DNA of 27,732 bases from Planctomycetota bacterium (lineage in GTDB: Bacteria; Planctomycetota; UBA11346), in assembly GCA_038231435.1 (NCBI GenBank), contig JBBRLJ010000056.1:1-27732 (forward strand), read 5' to 3'. Position numbers and translations under genes: made by a program. Positions within the stretch are counted from its first letter, which is position 1; each line of letters starts with the position of its first letter. Below the pieces are notes generated by a model that was given only the letters and a program-made list of their open reading frames with translations, did no database searches and was not told the origin of the DNA. Below, piece after piece: positions 1-7,834 of this stretch.

Positions 1-271
1 GGGGCGGTGGGCGGATAGAATGGGCGTAGCCCATCCGCCCACGATGTCGCAGCGCAGCGAAGACATCGAGCCCCGACAAAGCCCGTGGGGTAGGCCCGTG
101 AGGGCCGTAGGGGCGGAGCCCCTTAGACAAGAAGCTGCGGGCGCCGAGGGGCGGTGGGCGGATAGAATGGGCGTAGCCCATCCGCCCACGATGTCGCAGC
201 GCAGCGAAGACATCGAGCCCCGACAAAGCCCGTGGGGTAGGCCCGCCAGGGCCGTAGGGGCGAAGCCCCTT
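1..271. repeat. Tandem REP/BIME-like multi-hairpin repeat, two 124-bp copies (1-124, 148-271), period 147 bp; may continue left of the window
   Basis: Manual alignment gives 121/124 identity. Each unit has several inverted repeats, including GTAG-adjacent palindromes (GGCCC-n4-GGGCC, AGGGGC-GNA-GCCCCT). Confidence 0.9.
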
Positions 272-2229
272 CAAGGAAAATGTATCAGCAGATCCTTGCT
301 CATCGTCGGCTCGCCATCGTAGCGGTTGGTCTTCTTCCAGAAGTACAGGTCGAGCGACACCACCTTCCTGGTCGCGTCGGCGGCATGGCGCTCGTTCCAG
401 TCGTCGACCAGCCAGCGCGCGTAGTTCTTGCGCCAGCGCGCGAACTCGACGGTGTAGAGATTCATCAGGTATTTGCGCCAGCGCTCATCGCGGTACATGG
501 CCGAGACCCGCGTCGGCTGGGTGTCGACCGGCGGCTTGGCGGTGAGCAGGTCGACCACGCTGCCGTCGGCGAGCGTCGCGGCCGCAAGATACCAGCCATC
601 GTCGTGCAGCGGCATTGGCGAGAACATGCTCCAGTACTGGTCCAGGCGCGGGATCTCGACGATCCAGTTCTCGCTGGTCGGGAACCATTTGGCGATCCAC
701 GCGGTGTCGTTCAGGTGCATGGTCCGCCAGTTCCACAGCAGCACATAGTACAGCAGGAACGCGGCGAGAGCGTCCTGGACGAGTTGTGTTCGCGGTGAGA
801 GCTCGGCGCGCAGCGGTGCCGGGCGCATGAAGAAGACGGCATGCGCCGCCGCGCCGCGGTTCTTCGCGACCCAGCGGTAGGCGCGCGTGCCGACGGCCAT
901 CAACGGCGGCAGCCGCAGCAACTGCCCGAGCGGCCACAGCAGCGGCGAATGGCGCATCGCATAGGCGACGCCGTCGAAGCGGACGTGGCGGTCACCGGCG
1001 GGACCGACCACCACCCAGGAATCGTGCAAGCGCATGTCCGCTTCGATCGACGGATCCTCCTGGCAGGCACGCACCGTCGGCGAGGGGATCAGCCAGAAGG
1101 TCTGGATCAGGCGGATCATGGCCTTGCAGAAGCCGCAATCTCCGTCGTACCACAACTGCAGGCCCGACCAGCGTTGCTGGAAGCGCCGGGCGAGCCCATC
1201 CCAGAACAGCGCGGGGAGGAAGGGCAGCCACGCAACCCAGCAGATGTAGGGGAACGGCCCCAGTTCCATGGTGGAGGCGAGGCCGAGGTGGAAGCCGACG
1301 AACAGCACCACCGCCAACATCCGCCCCCACTCGCCGGCGCGCTCGGCCAGACGCAACGAGATCAGCGAGAACGCCAATGCCGGCACGAAGAGCAGAAACG
1401 GTCCCCAGGCCTCCTGCAAAATGGTGGCGGCGGTCAAGCCCTTGAGCAGTCCGCGGAACTGCAGCAGCCAATGGCCGAAGGGCGTTGCGAACTGATCGAT
1501 GCTCAAGGCGTAGAACACCGCGGTATGGTCGACGCGCCAATCCTCGTGGGTCTTCAGCGCCGAGGTGAACCAGTAGAGGAAGCACACCTGCAGGATCAGG
1601 GCCAGGCTCGAGACGTTGGCGATGCGGGCAGGTGCCGTCGCGACATCGGTCGCGCGCGCGCGATCGACCGACCAGGCCACGCCGAGCGGCAACCACATGC
1701 CCCAGAACAGCAGGCAGCGCAGCAGCACGTCACCGCCTTGGAGCACCAGGGGATTGCGCGTCTGCAATGAGACCAGCAGCACCCACGAGAGCACCGTCGC
1801 CAGGCGCGTCCGCCATCCGGCGAGCAGCATGATCGCGCAGACGAACGCGCTCGCGAACAGCAGGATCTGCAGCCACGCCGCGCCGCTGGCCATGTGCAGC
1901 GAGAAGTGCCATGGGTCGCCGAGGTCCGCCTCGACCTGCTCTGCCCGCGTCAGCAAACCCTGGTCGGTATAGAAGGCGGTGAGCCCCGGCAGCCGGAACC
2001 ACAGATCGCACAGCACGAGCACGGCGAGCCCGACGCGGAACGCAGCCAGACTACGCATATCGAGTCCGAACAGGATCGTCCCGAGCCGCCGCAACGGTCC
2101 GAACAACCCCTCGCCCGGGCGGCGCCCCGCATCGCCCGGACCCGTGTCCGGAGTCGGCACCCCGCATGTCGGCCCCGATTCCGGTTCCAGCGACCCACCC
2201 CCGATATCGCACGCCGATCCCTCAGCCAT
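271..2229 (-). CDS. HTTM-domain (vitamin K-dependent carboxylase-related) membrane protein with inserted DCC1/DUF393-like thiol-disulfide oxidoreductase domain
   Basis: Multiple TM helices. HTTM-type segments DMRSLAAFR, FYTDQG, RNPLVLQGGD, DQYWSMFSP, RWRKY. Internal WYDGDCGFC (DxxCxxC) motif. Confidence 0.8.
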   Translation of the reverse strand: MAEGSACDIGGGSLEPESGPTCGVPTPDTGPGDAGRRPGEGLFGPLRRLGTILFGLDMRSLAAFRVGLAVLVLCDLWFRLPGLTAFYTDQGLLTRAEQVEADLGDPWHFSLHMASGAAWLQILLFASAFVCAIMLLAGWRTRLATVLSWVLLVSLQTRNPLVLQGGDVLLRCLLFWGMWLPLGVAWSVDRARATDVATAPARIANVSSLALILQVCFLYWFTSALKTHEDWRVDHTAVFYALSIDQFATPFGHWLLQFRGLLKGLTAATILQEAWGPFLLFVPALAFSLISLRLAERAGEWGRMLAVVLFVGFHLGLASTMELGPFPYICWVAWLPFLPALFWDGLARRFQQRWSGLQLWYDGDCGFCKAMIRLIQTFWLIPSPTVRACQEDPSIEADMRLHDSWVVVGPAGDRHVRFDGVAYAMRHSPLLWPLGQLLRLPPLMAVGTRAYRWVAKNRGAAAHAVFFMRPAPLRAELSPRTQLVQDALAAFLLYYVLLWNWRTMHLNDTAWIAKWFPTSENWIVEIPRLDQYWSMFSPMPLHDDGWYLAAATLADGSVVDLLTAKPPVDTQPTRVSAMYRDERWRKYLMNLYTVEFARWRKNYARWLVDDWNERHAADATRKVVSLDLYFWKKTNRYDGEPTMSKDLLIHFP

Positions 2230-2235
2230 GCGCCG

Positions 2236-2241
2236 AAGCTA
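2236..2241 (-). promoter_or_regulatory. Putative -10 box TAGCTT 6 nt upstream of ATG 2229 (leaderless geometry)
   Basis: Minus strand reads TAGCTT-cggcgc-ATG; no SD sequence adjacent to the start. Confidence 0.45.
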
Positions 2242-2381
2242 AGCCATTCCCCCCGCAGGAGAAAGCTTGTCGCCAGGATCGCTCATCCCGCTGCTCGACA
2301 CCCCCTCATCCACGCTGCCCACCTGATTTTTGTGTCGACTGAACCGAGCCGCCGCCAGGCCGGCTCCCACACTTCCCAGAT

Positions 2382-2464
2382 CCCCGCCTCCTGGGGGGCA
2401 GCGCGGCGTGAGGCCCCGGTCGGTAGGGGCCGCGCGATGTTGGGGGGCCGTAGCCCCCAACCGA
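2382..2464 (-). repeat. Dispersed palindromic element, inverted copy of the alpha-operon hairpin repeat
   Basis: 2435-2464 is the exact 30/30 reverse complement of 25713-25742. 2389-2401 is the reverse complement of 25255-25267. Confidence 0.85.
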
Positions 2465-2536
2465 GAGTGATTACCTGCGCTGGCAGTGCGCCGTATGCCC
2501 ATTACACCCATGGCCATGGCGCCATAATCGGCGCCC

Positions 2537-4426
2537 ATGGAAGTCAGCGGAACGCGTATGGACACCTCAGGCAAGATCCTCTTCAACTGCCCGTCCTGCG
2601 GGTATCGCGCGAAGATCCCTGGCAACTACCTCGGCATGTCGATCCGTTGTCCGGGCTGCAACGGCGCCCAGACCGTGGTGAAGCCGACCGACAAGACCGC
2701 CGAAGCCACCGGCAAGACGGTGTCGATCACCCGCGTCGCCACCACTCCGCTGCCGTTCACCATGGAAGAGGCCAAGAAGCCGACCGCGCCCAACGCCAAC
2801 GTGGTCACGCGCACGCCGCTCCCTGGTTCGCTCAACGCGCTGACGCCGCCCTCGACGCCGGCCGGCCAGTCGATGCCCAGCGGAACCAACGCGGCCGATA
2901 CGTTGCTGTTCGTGTGCACAGCGTGCGCCTATCGCGCGCGCATCCCCAAGACCTACGCCGGTCGCACCATCCTCTGCCCCAAGTGCAGCGCGTCCCAGTC
3001 CGCGCCCGCGGCCAACGCCCCGCAGCCGCCCTCGACTGGCGGCACCGTGCGCATCGAGCGCGTCGCGACCACCACGCCCGCGTTCGGCACGCCGGCCCTG
3101 CCCGATCAGCTGATGTTCGCGGATTCCAGCCTGAGCGCGCCGGACAAGCCCAAGCCGGCCTCGGCGTCGCTCGAGCTCAGCGAGAAGATCCTCTTCACCT
3201 GCGTCTCGTGCGGGATGCGCGCGCGCCTGCCCGCCAAATACGCCGGCAACACCATCAAGTGCCCGAAGTGCTCCAAGCCCGGCACGGTTCCACTGTCGGA
3301 CATCGTCGAGGCGGCGACCGGCACCACCGTCAGCATCAGCCGCGTCGACATGGCCAGGGCCGACAAGTCTGATAAGGGCATCGGCGGCCTCGCGTCTCCG
3401 GCAAAGCGCCCGAGCGGCGAGATCGCCATGCCCCCGGCGGCGCAACCCGCCGCGCAGCAGGCATCGCCCGCTTCACCGTCGGCGAAGCGCGCGAGCGGCG
3501 AATTCCAGATCGAATCCGCCGCGCCGGCTGCTTCCACCGCGGACGCCTCGCCGTTCCAGGGCCAGGCGATCCTCGGCGACGCCAAGCCAGCGGCAGGGGA
3601 CGACGACCTGCTCGAGGATCTGCGCGCGCAGCCCAAGCCCCAGCCAGAGGCCAAAAAGGGCGGAGTGGTCAAGCGACGCGGTTCGAACAACAATCTGCCG
3701 GCCCAGGGCGAGCCAGCCAAGGCCCCGGCGCCAGCGGCCAAGCCCGCGCCAACGCCGGCCGCCAAGCCCCAGGCCCAGCAGGTCCCCGCATCGGTCCCTG
3801 CGTCGGTCCCTGCGTCGAAAGCCAAGCCGATCCCGATCACCAAGACTCCAGTGCCAAAGACGCCCGCGCCGGGCATCGACAGCATCGACATGGGCGACGA
3901 TGGGGACGACGCCGAGGCAGCCGCCGATGCGAAGCAGGCGCGTTCGGGAGAGTCGAAGGCGGCCGCGCGCAAGCCGAGCCGCTCAGGTGTCCGCGAAGCC
4001 GATGGGGAAACAGCCTCGCGCTCGTCCATGCTGCCGATGGTGCTGATCGGCGCTGTCGTGCTGCTGCTGGCCACCTCCATCGGCTTGTTCATGGCCTGGC
4101 ATGGCGCCAAGGGAGAGCTCGCCGAGATGTCGACCAAGCTCGACCAGACGGCGAAGAATCTCGACGCCGCGAAGATCCGTTCCGACAAGGCGGACAGCGA
4201 CAACCTCAAGCTCAAGGGCGACCTCGACGCGCAGAAGAAGGAAGCCGACACGCTCAAGGAGCAGTCGGACAAGCTCGCCGCCGAATCGAAGGAGTTGAAG
4301 CAGACGCTCGACACCCAGAAGGCGGACTTCGACAAGAAGGTCGCCGATCTGGAGGCCAAGGTCGCCGAGCAGACGCGCAAGCTCGAGGAAGCCGCACAGG
4401 GCTTCACCAAGCCCAAGCCCAAGTAA
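2537..4426 (+). CDS. Membrane-anchored protein with three zinc-ribbon (CxxC...CxxC) repeats, Pro/Ala/Lys linker, one TM helix and C-terminal coiled coil
   Basis: CPSC..CPGC, CTAC..CPKC, CVSC..CPKC; hydrophobic MLPMVLIGAVVLLLATSIGLFMAW; heptad-rich tail. Start is 2537 or 2558. Confidence 0.8.
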   Translation: MEVSGTRMDTSGKILFNCPSCGYRAKIPGNYLGMSIRCPGCNGAQTVVKPTDKTAEATGKTVSITRVATTPLPFTMEEAKKPTAPNANVVTRTPLPGSLNALTPPSTPAGQSMPSGTNAADTLLFVCTACAYRARIPKTYAGRTILCPKCSASQSAPAANAPQPPSTGGTVRIERVATTTPAFGTPALPDQLMFADSSLSAPDKPKPASASLELSEKILFTCVSCGMRARLPAKYAGNTIKCPKCSKPGTVPLSDIVEAATGTTVSISRVDMARADKSDKGIGGLASPAKRPSGEIAMPPAAQPAAQQASPASPSAKRASGEFQIESAAPAASTADASPFQGQAILGDAKPAAGDDDLLEDLRAQPKPQPEAKKGGVVKRRGSNNNLPAQGEPAKAPAPAAKPAPTPAAKPQAQQVPASVPASVPASKAKPIPITKTPVPKTPAPGIDSIDMGDDGDDAEAAADAKQARSGESKAAARKPSRSGVREADGETASRSSMLPMVLIGAVVLLLATSIGLFMAWHGAKGELAEMSTKLDQTAKNLDAAKIRSDKADSDNLKLKGDLDAQKKEADTLKEQSDKLAAESKELKQTLDTQKADFDKKVADLEAKVAEQTRKLEEAAQGFTKPKPK

Positions 4427-4479
4427 GGAGAGATGCGCTGGCGAGGCCGGCGTGTCCTCCCTGTCGTGCTTGATCGCTC

Positions 4480-6594
4480 CTATTTCCTGGCCTTCGGCTT
4501 GCGCGCGCCAGGCAGCTCATGCGAGGCTTCCTTGATCACCGCGACTCCGTGGCGTGGCAGCGTCAACGGCCCGCCCGAGGATTTCCCGGTGGTGAGATCG
4601 GTGCCACGCGGCGTGCTGGCGAGCGTGACCTCGCCCTCGCCGTGATTGAGGAAGAACCACAGGCGCTTGCCCACCGCTTCGCGTCGCACCGCCTGCACCG
4701 CCGCTGGAGCATCCGGCCACAACTTCGACAGGCCGGCGAGCCGGACGAACTCGGGCTGCAGTGCCTTGGCCAAGGCGGTGGTGAGGTACGTGCCGACGTA
4801 CACGACGTGGCCCGTGCCGACTCGACGCAACGAGATCGCGCAGCTGCCCGCGAGGTGGCGCTCTTTCCAAGTGGCGAACACCTCGGTGCCGCGGGCGCAG
4901 GAGAGCTGCTCGAACCAGTTCTCGGAACGCAGCTCGGTGCCGCCCGGCAGCTGGAGCGTCAGCGGGCGAAGATCCGGGCGGTTCTGCTTGCCGTACTCCT
5001 CGACGGTGACGCCTGCGAGCGCGCGTAGGCAGCCGGGAAGGGTGTCCGGCACCACGTTGTTGTTCCAGTCGCGGGTCGCGGTGCGCGCGCCGATCACCAG
5101 CGTGCCGCCGCGCTCGACGAAGCGCGTCAGATTCGGCACCCAGGCGGGATCGAACACCGCCCAGTGCGGAATGACATAGAGTTTCACGCCCGCGAGATCG
5201 TCGGATGGGTGGATGCAGCCGACCGCGTAGCCGGCATCGAACAGCTCCTTGTGCACCTGCCACGAGATGTCGACGTCCGACGGCAGCCCGAGGTGATAGG
5301 TGGAATGCGCGTCGGAGACGTGGATGTCCGCGCCCGCCACTGCGGCGTCGACATGCACGTGGGTGCCCATGATCTCGGGGCCGATCGCGCGCAGCTCGGC
5401 ACCGATGCGCTTGACCTCGTCGAAGCGGCGGCGCGGCACATTGTCGTGGTCGATGATGCCGCACCAGTATTCCTCGGCGCCGAAGCGGCAGGTGCGCCAG
5501 CGGAAGTAGAGCAGGGAATCCGCTCCGCGCGCGATCGAGGTGTAGGTCATCGAGCGCAGCTCGCCGGGCTCGGGAGTGTCGTGGAAATACGGGCGCTGCC
5601 CGCCCGGGCCGGATTGCTGCTCGGGAACGATGAAATTGCCGGCGTTGGCGCGCGCCCGATCGCACGAGAACGCCTGCCCGGCCGCGCGGGTGGTGTGCTC
5701 CCAGTGGAACATCGGGTAGACGTCGTAGCCGAGCACGTCGAGATCCTGCGAGAACAGCCCGCGGTAGTCGACATGCGACATGATGCCGTTGTGGGTTATC
5801 CACCACGACGGCTTCTGCGCGCGCAGGATCTCGACCTGGTCGTGCTGGAAGCGCGCGACGCCATCGTACAGGTAGCGGAAGTAGTCGAGGTGGTGCGCGG
5901 GATTCGCGTACGCCGGTTTTTCGGGCCGGGGCGTGGGGATGTCCTCGAAGCGATCGTAGGTCTGCGCCCAGAACGCGGTGCCCCAATCGGCGTTGAGCTT
6001 GCCGATGTCGCCGGCGAATTTCCGCCGCAGGAACTGCTGGAAGGCGATCTGGCAGCTCGCGCAGTGGCATTCGGAGAAGTGGCAGTTGATCTCGTTGTCG
6101 GTCTGCCAGCCCACCACGTGGGTGCTGGCGCGCCAATGCGCGGCCATGTCCTGGGTGATGGCCCGTGAGTACTGGCGGAACACCGGATTCATGTGGCAGG
6201 CGTGCTGTCGCGTGCCGTGGATCTGCACCACGCCGTTGACATCGACTCGGCCCAGGTGCGGGTGCTTGAGCGTCAGCCAGCGCGGCGGAGTCGCGGTGGG
6301 CGTGCACATGATGGTGCTGATGCCGTGGTCGCCGAGATGGCCGATGGTGTCGTCGAAGAGCGAAAAGTCGAAACGCCCCTCCTCGGGCTCCATCAGATCC
6401 CAGGCGAATTCCGCCATGCGCACGATGGTGATGCCGGCGTCGCGCATGCGCTTGGCGTCGTCCTTGCGCGTGGCGGCATCCCAGTGCTCGGGATAATAGA
6501 CCGCGCCGTACCAGAAACGGTCGAGCTTTGCCGGCCGGCGGTGCGAGAGTTCGGCGTTGCCGAGGGGTGCGATGACGTCGCTGTTGATGGGCAT
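4480..6594 (-). CDS. GH42 beta-galactosidase
   Basis: YYPEHW, RMAEFAW..EPEEGRFDF, WQTDNE (acid/base), CHCASC, PEQQSG (nucleophile), YFRWR..FGAEEY and a trimerisation-like C-terminus. Start set at ATG 6594 behind GAGGA. Confidence 0.93.
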   Translation of the reverse strand: MPINSDVIAPLGNAELSHRRPAKLDRFWYGAVYYPEHWDAATRKDDAKRMRDAGITIVRMAEFAWDLMEPEEGRFDFSLFDDTIGHLGDHGISTIMCTPTATPPRWLTLKHPHLGRVDVNGVVQIHGTRQHACHMNPVFRQYSRAITQDMAAHWRASTHVVGWQTDNEINCHFSECHCASCQIAFQQFLRRKFAGDIGKLNADWGTAFWAQTYDRFEDIPTPRPEKPAYANPAHHLDYFRYLYDGVARFQHDQVEILRAQKPSWWITHNGIMSHVDYRGLFSQDLDVLGYDVYPMFHWEHTTRAAGQAFSCDRARANAGNFIVPEQQSGPGGQRPYFHDTPEPGELRSMTYTSIARGADSLLYFRWRTCRFGAEEYWCGIIDHDNVPRRRFDEVKRIGAELRAIGPEIMGTHVHVDAAVAGADIHVSDAHSTYHLGLPSDVDISWQVHKELFDAGYAVGCIHPSDDLAGVKLYVIPHWAVFDPAWVPNLTRFVERGGTLVIGARTATRDWNNNVVPDTLPGCLRALAGVTVEEYGKQNRPDLRPLTLQLPGGTELRSENWFEQLSCARGTEVFATWKERHLAGSCAISLRRVGTGHVVYVGTYLTTALAKALQPEFVRLAGLSKLWPDAPAAVQAVRREAVGKRLWFFLNHGEGEVTLASTPRGTDLTTGKSSGGPLTLPRHGVAVIKEASHELPGARKPKARK

Positions 6595-6805
6595 GGGCTT
6601 CCTCGGCGTGCTGCGGGCACAGTGCTCTACCTGCACCAGGTGGCGCTGCCAAGCCCCCGACCGTACCGGCCCGTTCGCCGAGAGGGAACCGTGTCCGAGA
6701 TCGTGTGGGGCACCAAGGGCCATGGGCTCAGATGCCGTTTGCGCCCTTCCGCTACGATCGGTACCGTTCCACCCTAGCGGGCCGTGTCGTCCGCGCGGAG
6801 GCTCC

Positions 6806-7834
6806 ATGAGGGCGGCTTTGCGTCTGATACCGGCACCTACTCACCGTGAATACATCCGTGGATACATCCGTGGTTGCGTCCACGGACGCCTCCAGCGCTG
6901 GGTCAGTGCCTGTATCGCGACGCTGCTGCTCGCGGCCCCGCTCGGCGCCGCCGAGCGCTCGTTCCCGATGGACTGCTACACCGCGTTGGAGAAGGCCCAG
7001 GCCGAGGAGCTCGCGGATTTCTCCGCCGCGCTCGAGGCCAAGGACGGCTCCTTCGAAGCGGATGTCCGCGCCCAGGCCATCGCCCTCGCCAAGAAGCTGG
7101 ATCCGTCGTTGAAACCCAAGGACGCGGCGAAGAAGCCCATGGCCGCCGAGGACCAACTCTCCGACAAGGCGCTGCGAGACGCCGCCGCGGCGCGCGACAA
7201 GGCGCGCGAGGATGCCGAGAAGGCCGACAAGGGCCCGCAGGACCCGAAGTCGCGGGCGTACCCGAAGCCCGAGAACGCCCGCGAACGCCTCGATGCGCTG
7301 CGCTTCGAGATGATCGCCGACCAGACGGATTTCGTCGCCGCGCTGAGCCTGGATCCCGATGCCAAGGGTGAAGCAGCACTGCGTCAGGTCATCCTGAAAT
7401 CCCTTCCGAGCCTGCTCGGGACGCCGAAATGGTCGTGCGAGAGAGCCCTCAAGGAACGCATCGCGGGGCTGTCGTCGATGAAATACGCGCCCTGGACTGG
7501 AACCTGGACGACCCGCCTGGGCGAGATGACCATCGAGCAGAACGATGCCGCCGTGACCGGCTCATGGAAACGTGATCCCGCGGCGGCGGTGCCCGACGGC
7601 ACCTTCACGGGGACCATCAAGGACCGCGTCATGACCGGTGCGTGGAGATCCGATCCCGACCAGGGTACCCTGGTGCTGACGCTCTCGCGCAGCGACGTCT
7701 ACTGGAAGGGCATCACCAAGCAGAAGTCGGAGACCCACCCGATCGAGGGACAGCGCGTCGGCAGTGGCACTCTCGCCAAGCCAGACGCAGTGGCCAAGCC
7801 GGACGCGCCAGCCAAGCCAGAGAAGGCCAAATGA
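6806..7834 (+). CDS. Putative secreted hypothetical protein with helical N-domain and Trp/Gly/Thr-rich beta-strand C-domain
   Basis: Signal-like ACIATLLLAAPLGA; high GC3; WTGTWTT..VTGSW..GTFTGT..MTGAW pattern. Start uncertain. Confidence 0.65.
   Translation: MRAALRLIPAPTHREYIRGYIRGCVHGRLQRWVSACIATLLLAAPLGAAERSFPMDCYTALEKAQAEELADFSAALEAKDGSFEADVRAQAIALAKKLDPSLKPKDAAKKPMAAEDQLSDKALRDAAAARDKAREDAEKADKGPQDPKSRAYPKPENARERLDALRFEMIADQTDFVAALSLDPDAKGEAALRQVILKSLPSLLGTPKWSCERALKERIAGLSSMKYAPWTGTWTTRLGEMTIEQNDAAVTGSWKRDPAAAVPDGTFTGTIKDRVMTGAWRSDPDQGTLVLTLSRSDVYWKGITKQKSETHPIEGQRVGSGTLAKPDAVAKPDAPAKPEKAK
6850..6873. repeat. Perfect 12-bp tandem duplication ATACATCCGTGG x2
   Basis: Seen directly at 6850-6861 and 6862-6873. 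Confidence 0.85.

Noticed and set aside
1..271. CRISPR array
   Set aside because: A 124-bp repeat with a 23-bp gap is the wrong geometry; there are only two units and no cas genes.
20..322. 100-aa ORF with an internal peptide repeat
   Set aside because: A by-product of a 147-bp (multiple of 3) palindromic repeat; it also overlaps the HTTM gene end.
1894..3372. 492-aa + strand ORF
   Set aside because: Arg-rich shadow frame overlapping two better-supported genes.
4517..6652. 711-aa ORF overlapping GH42
   Set aside because: Alternative-frame artefact of high GC3.
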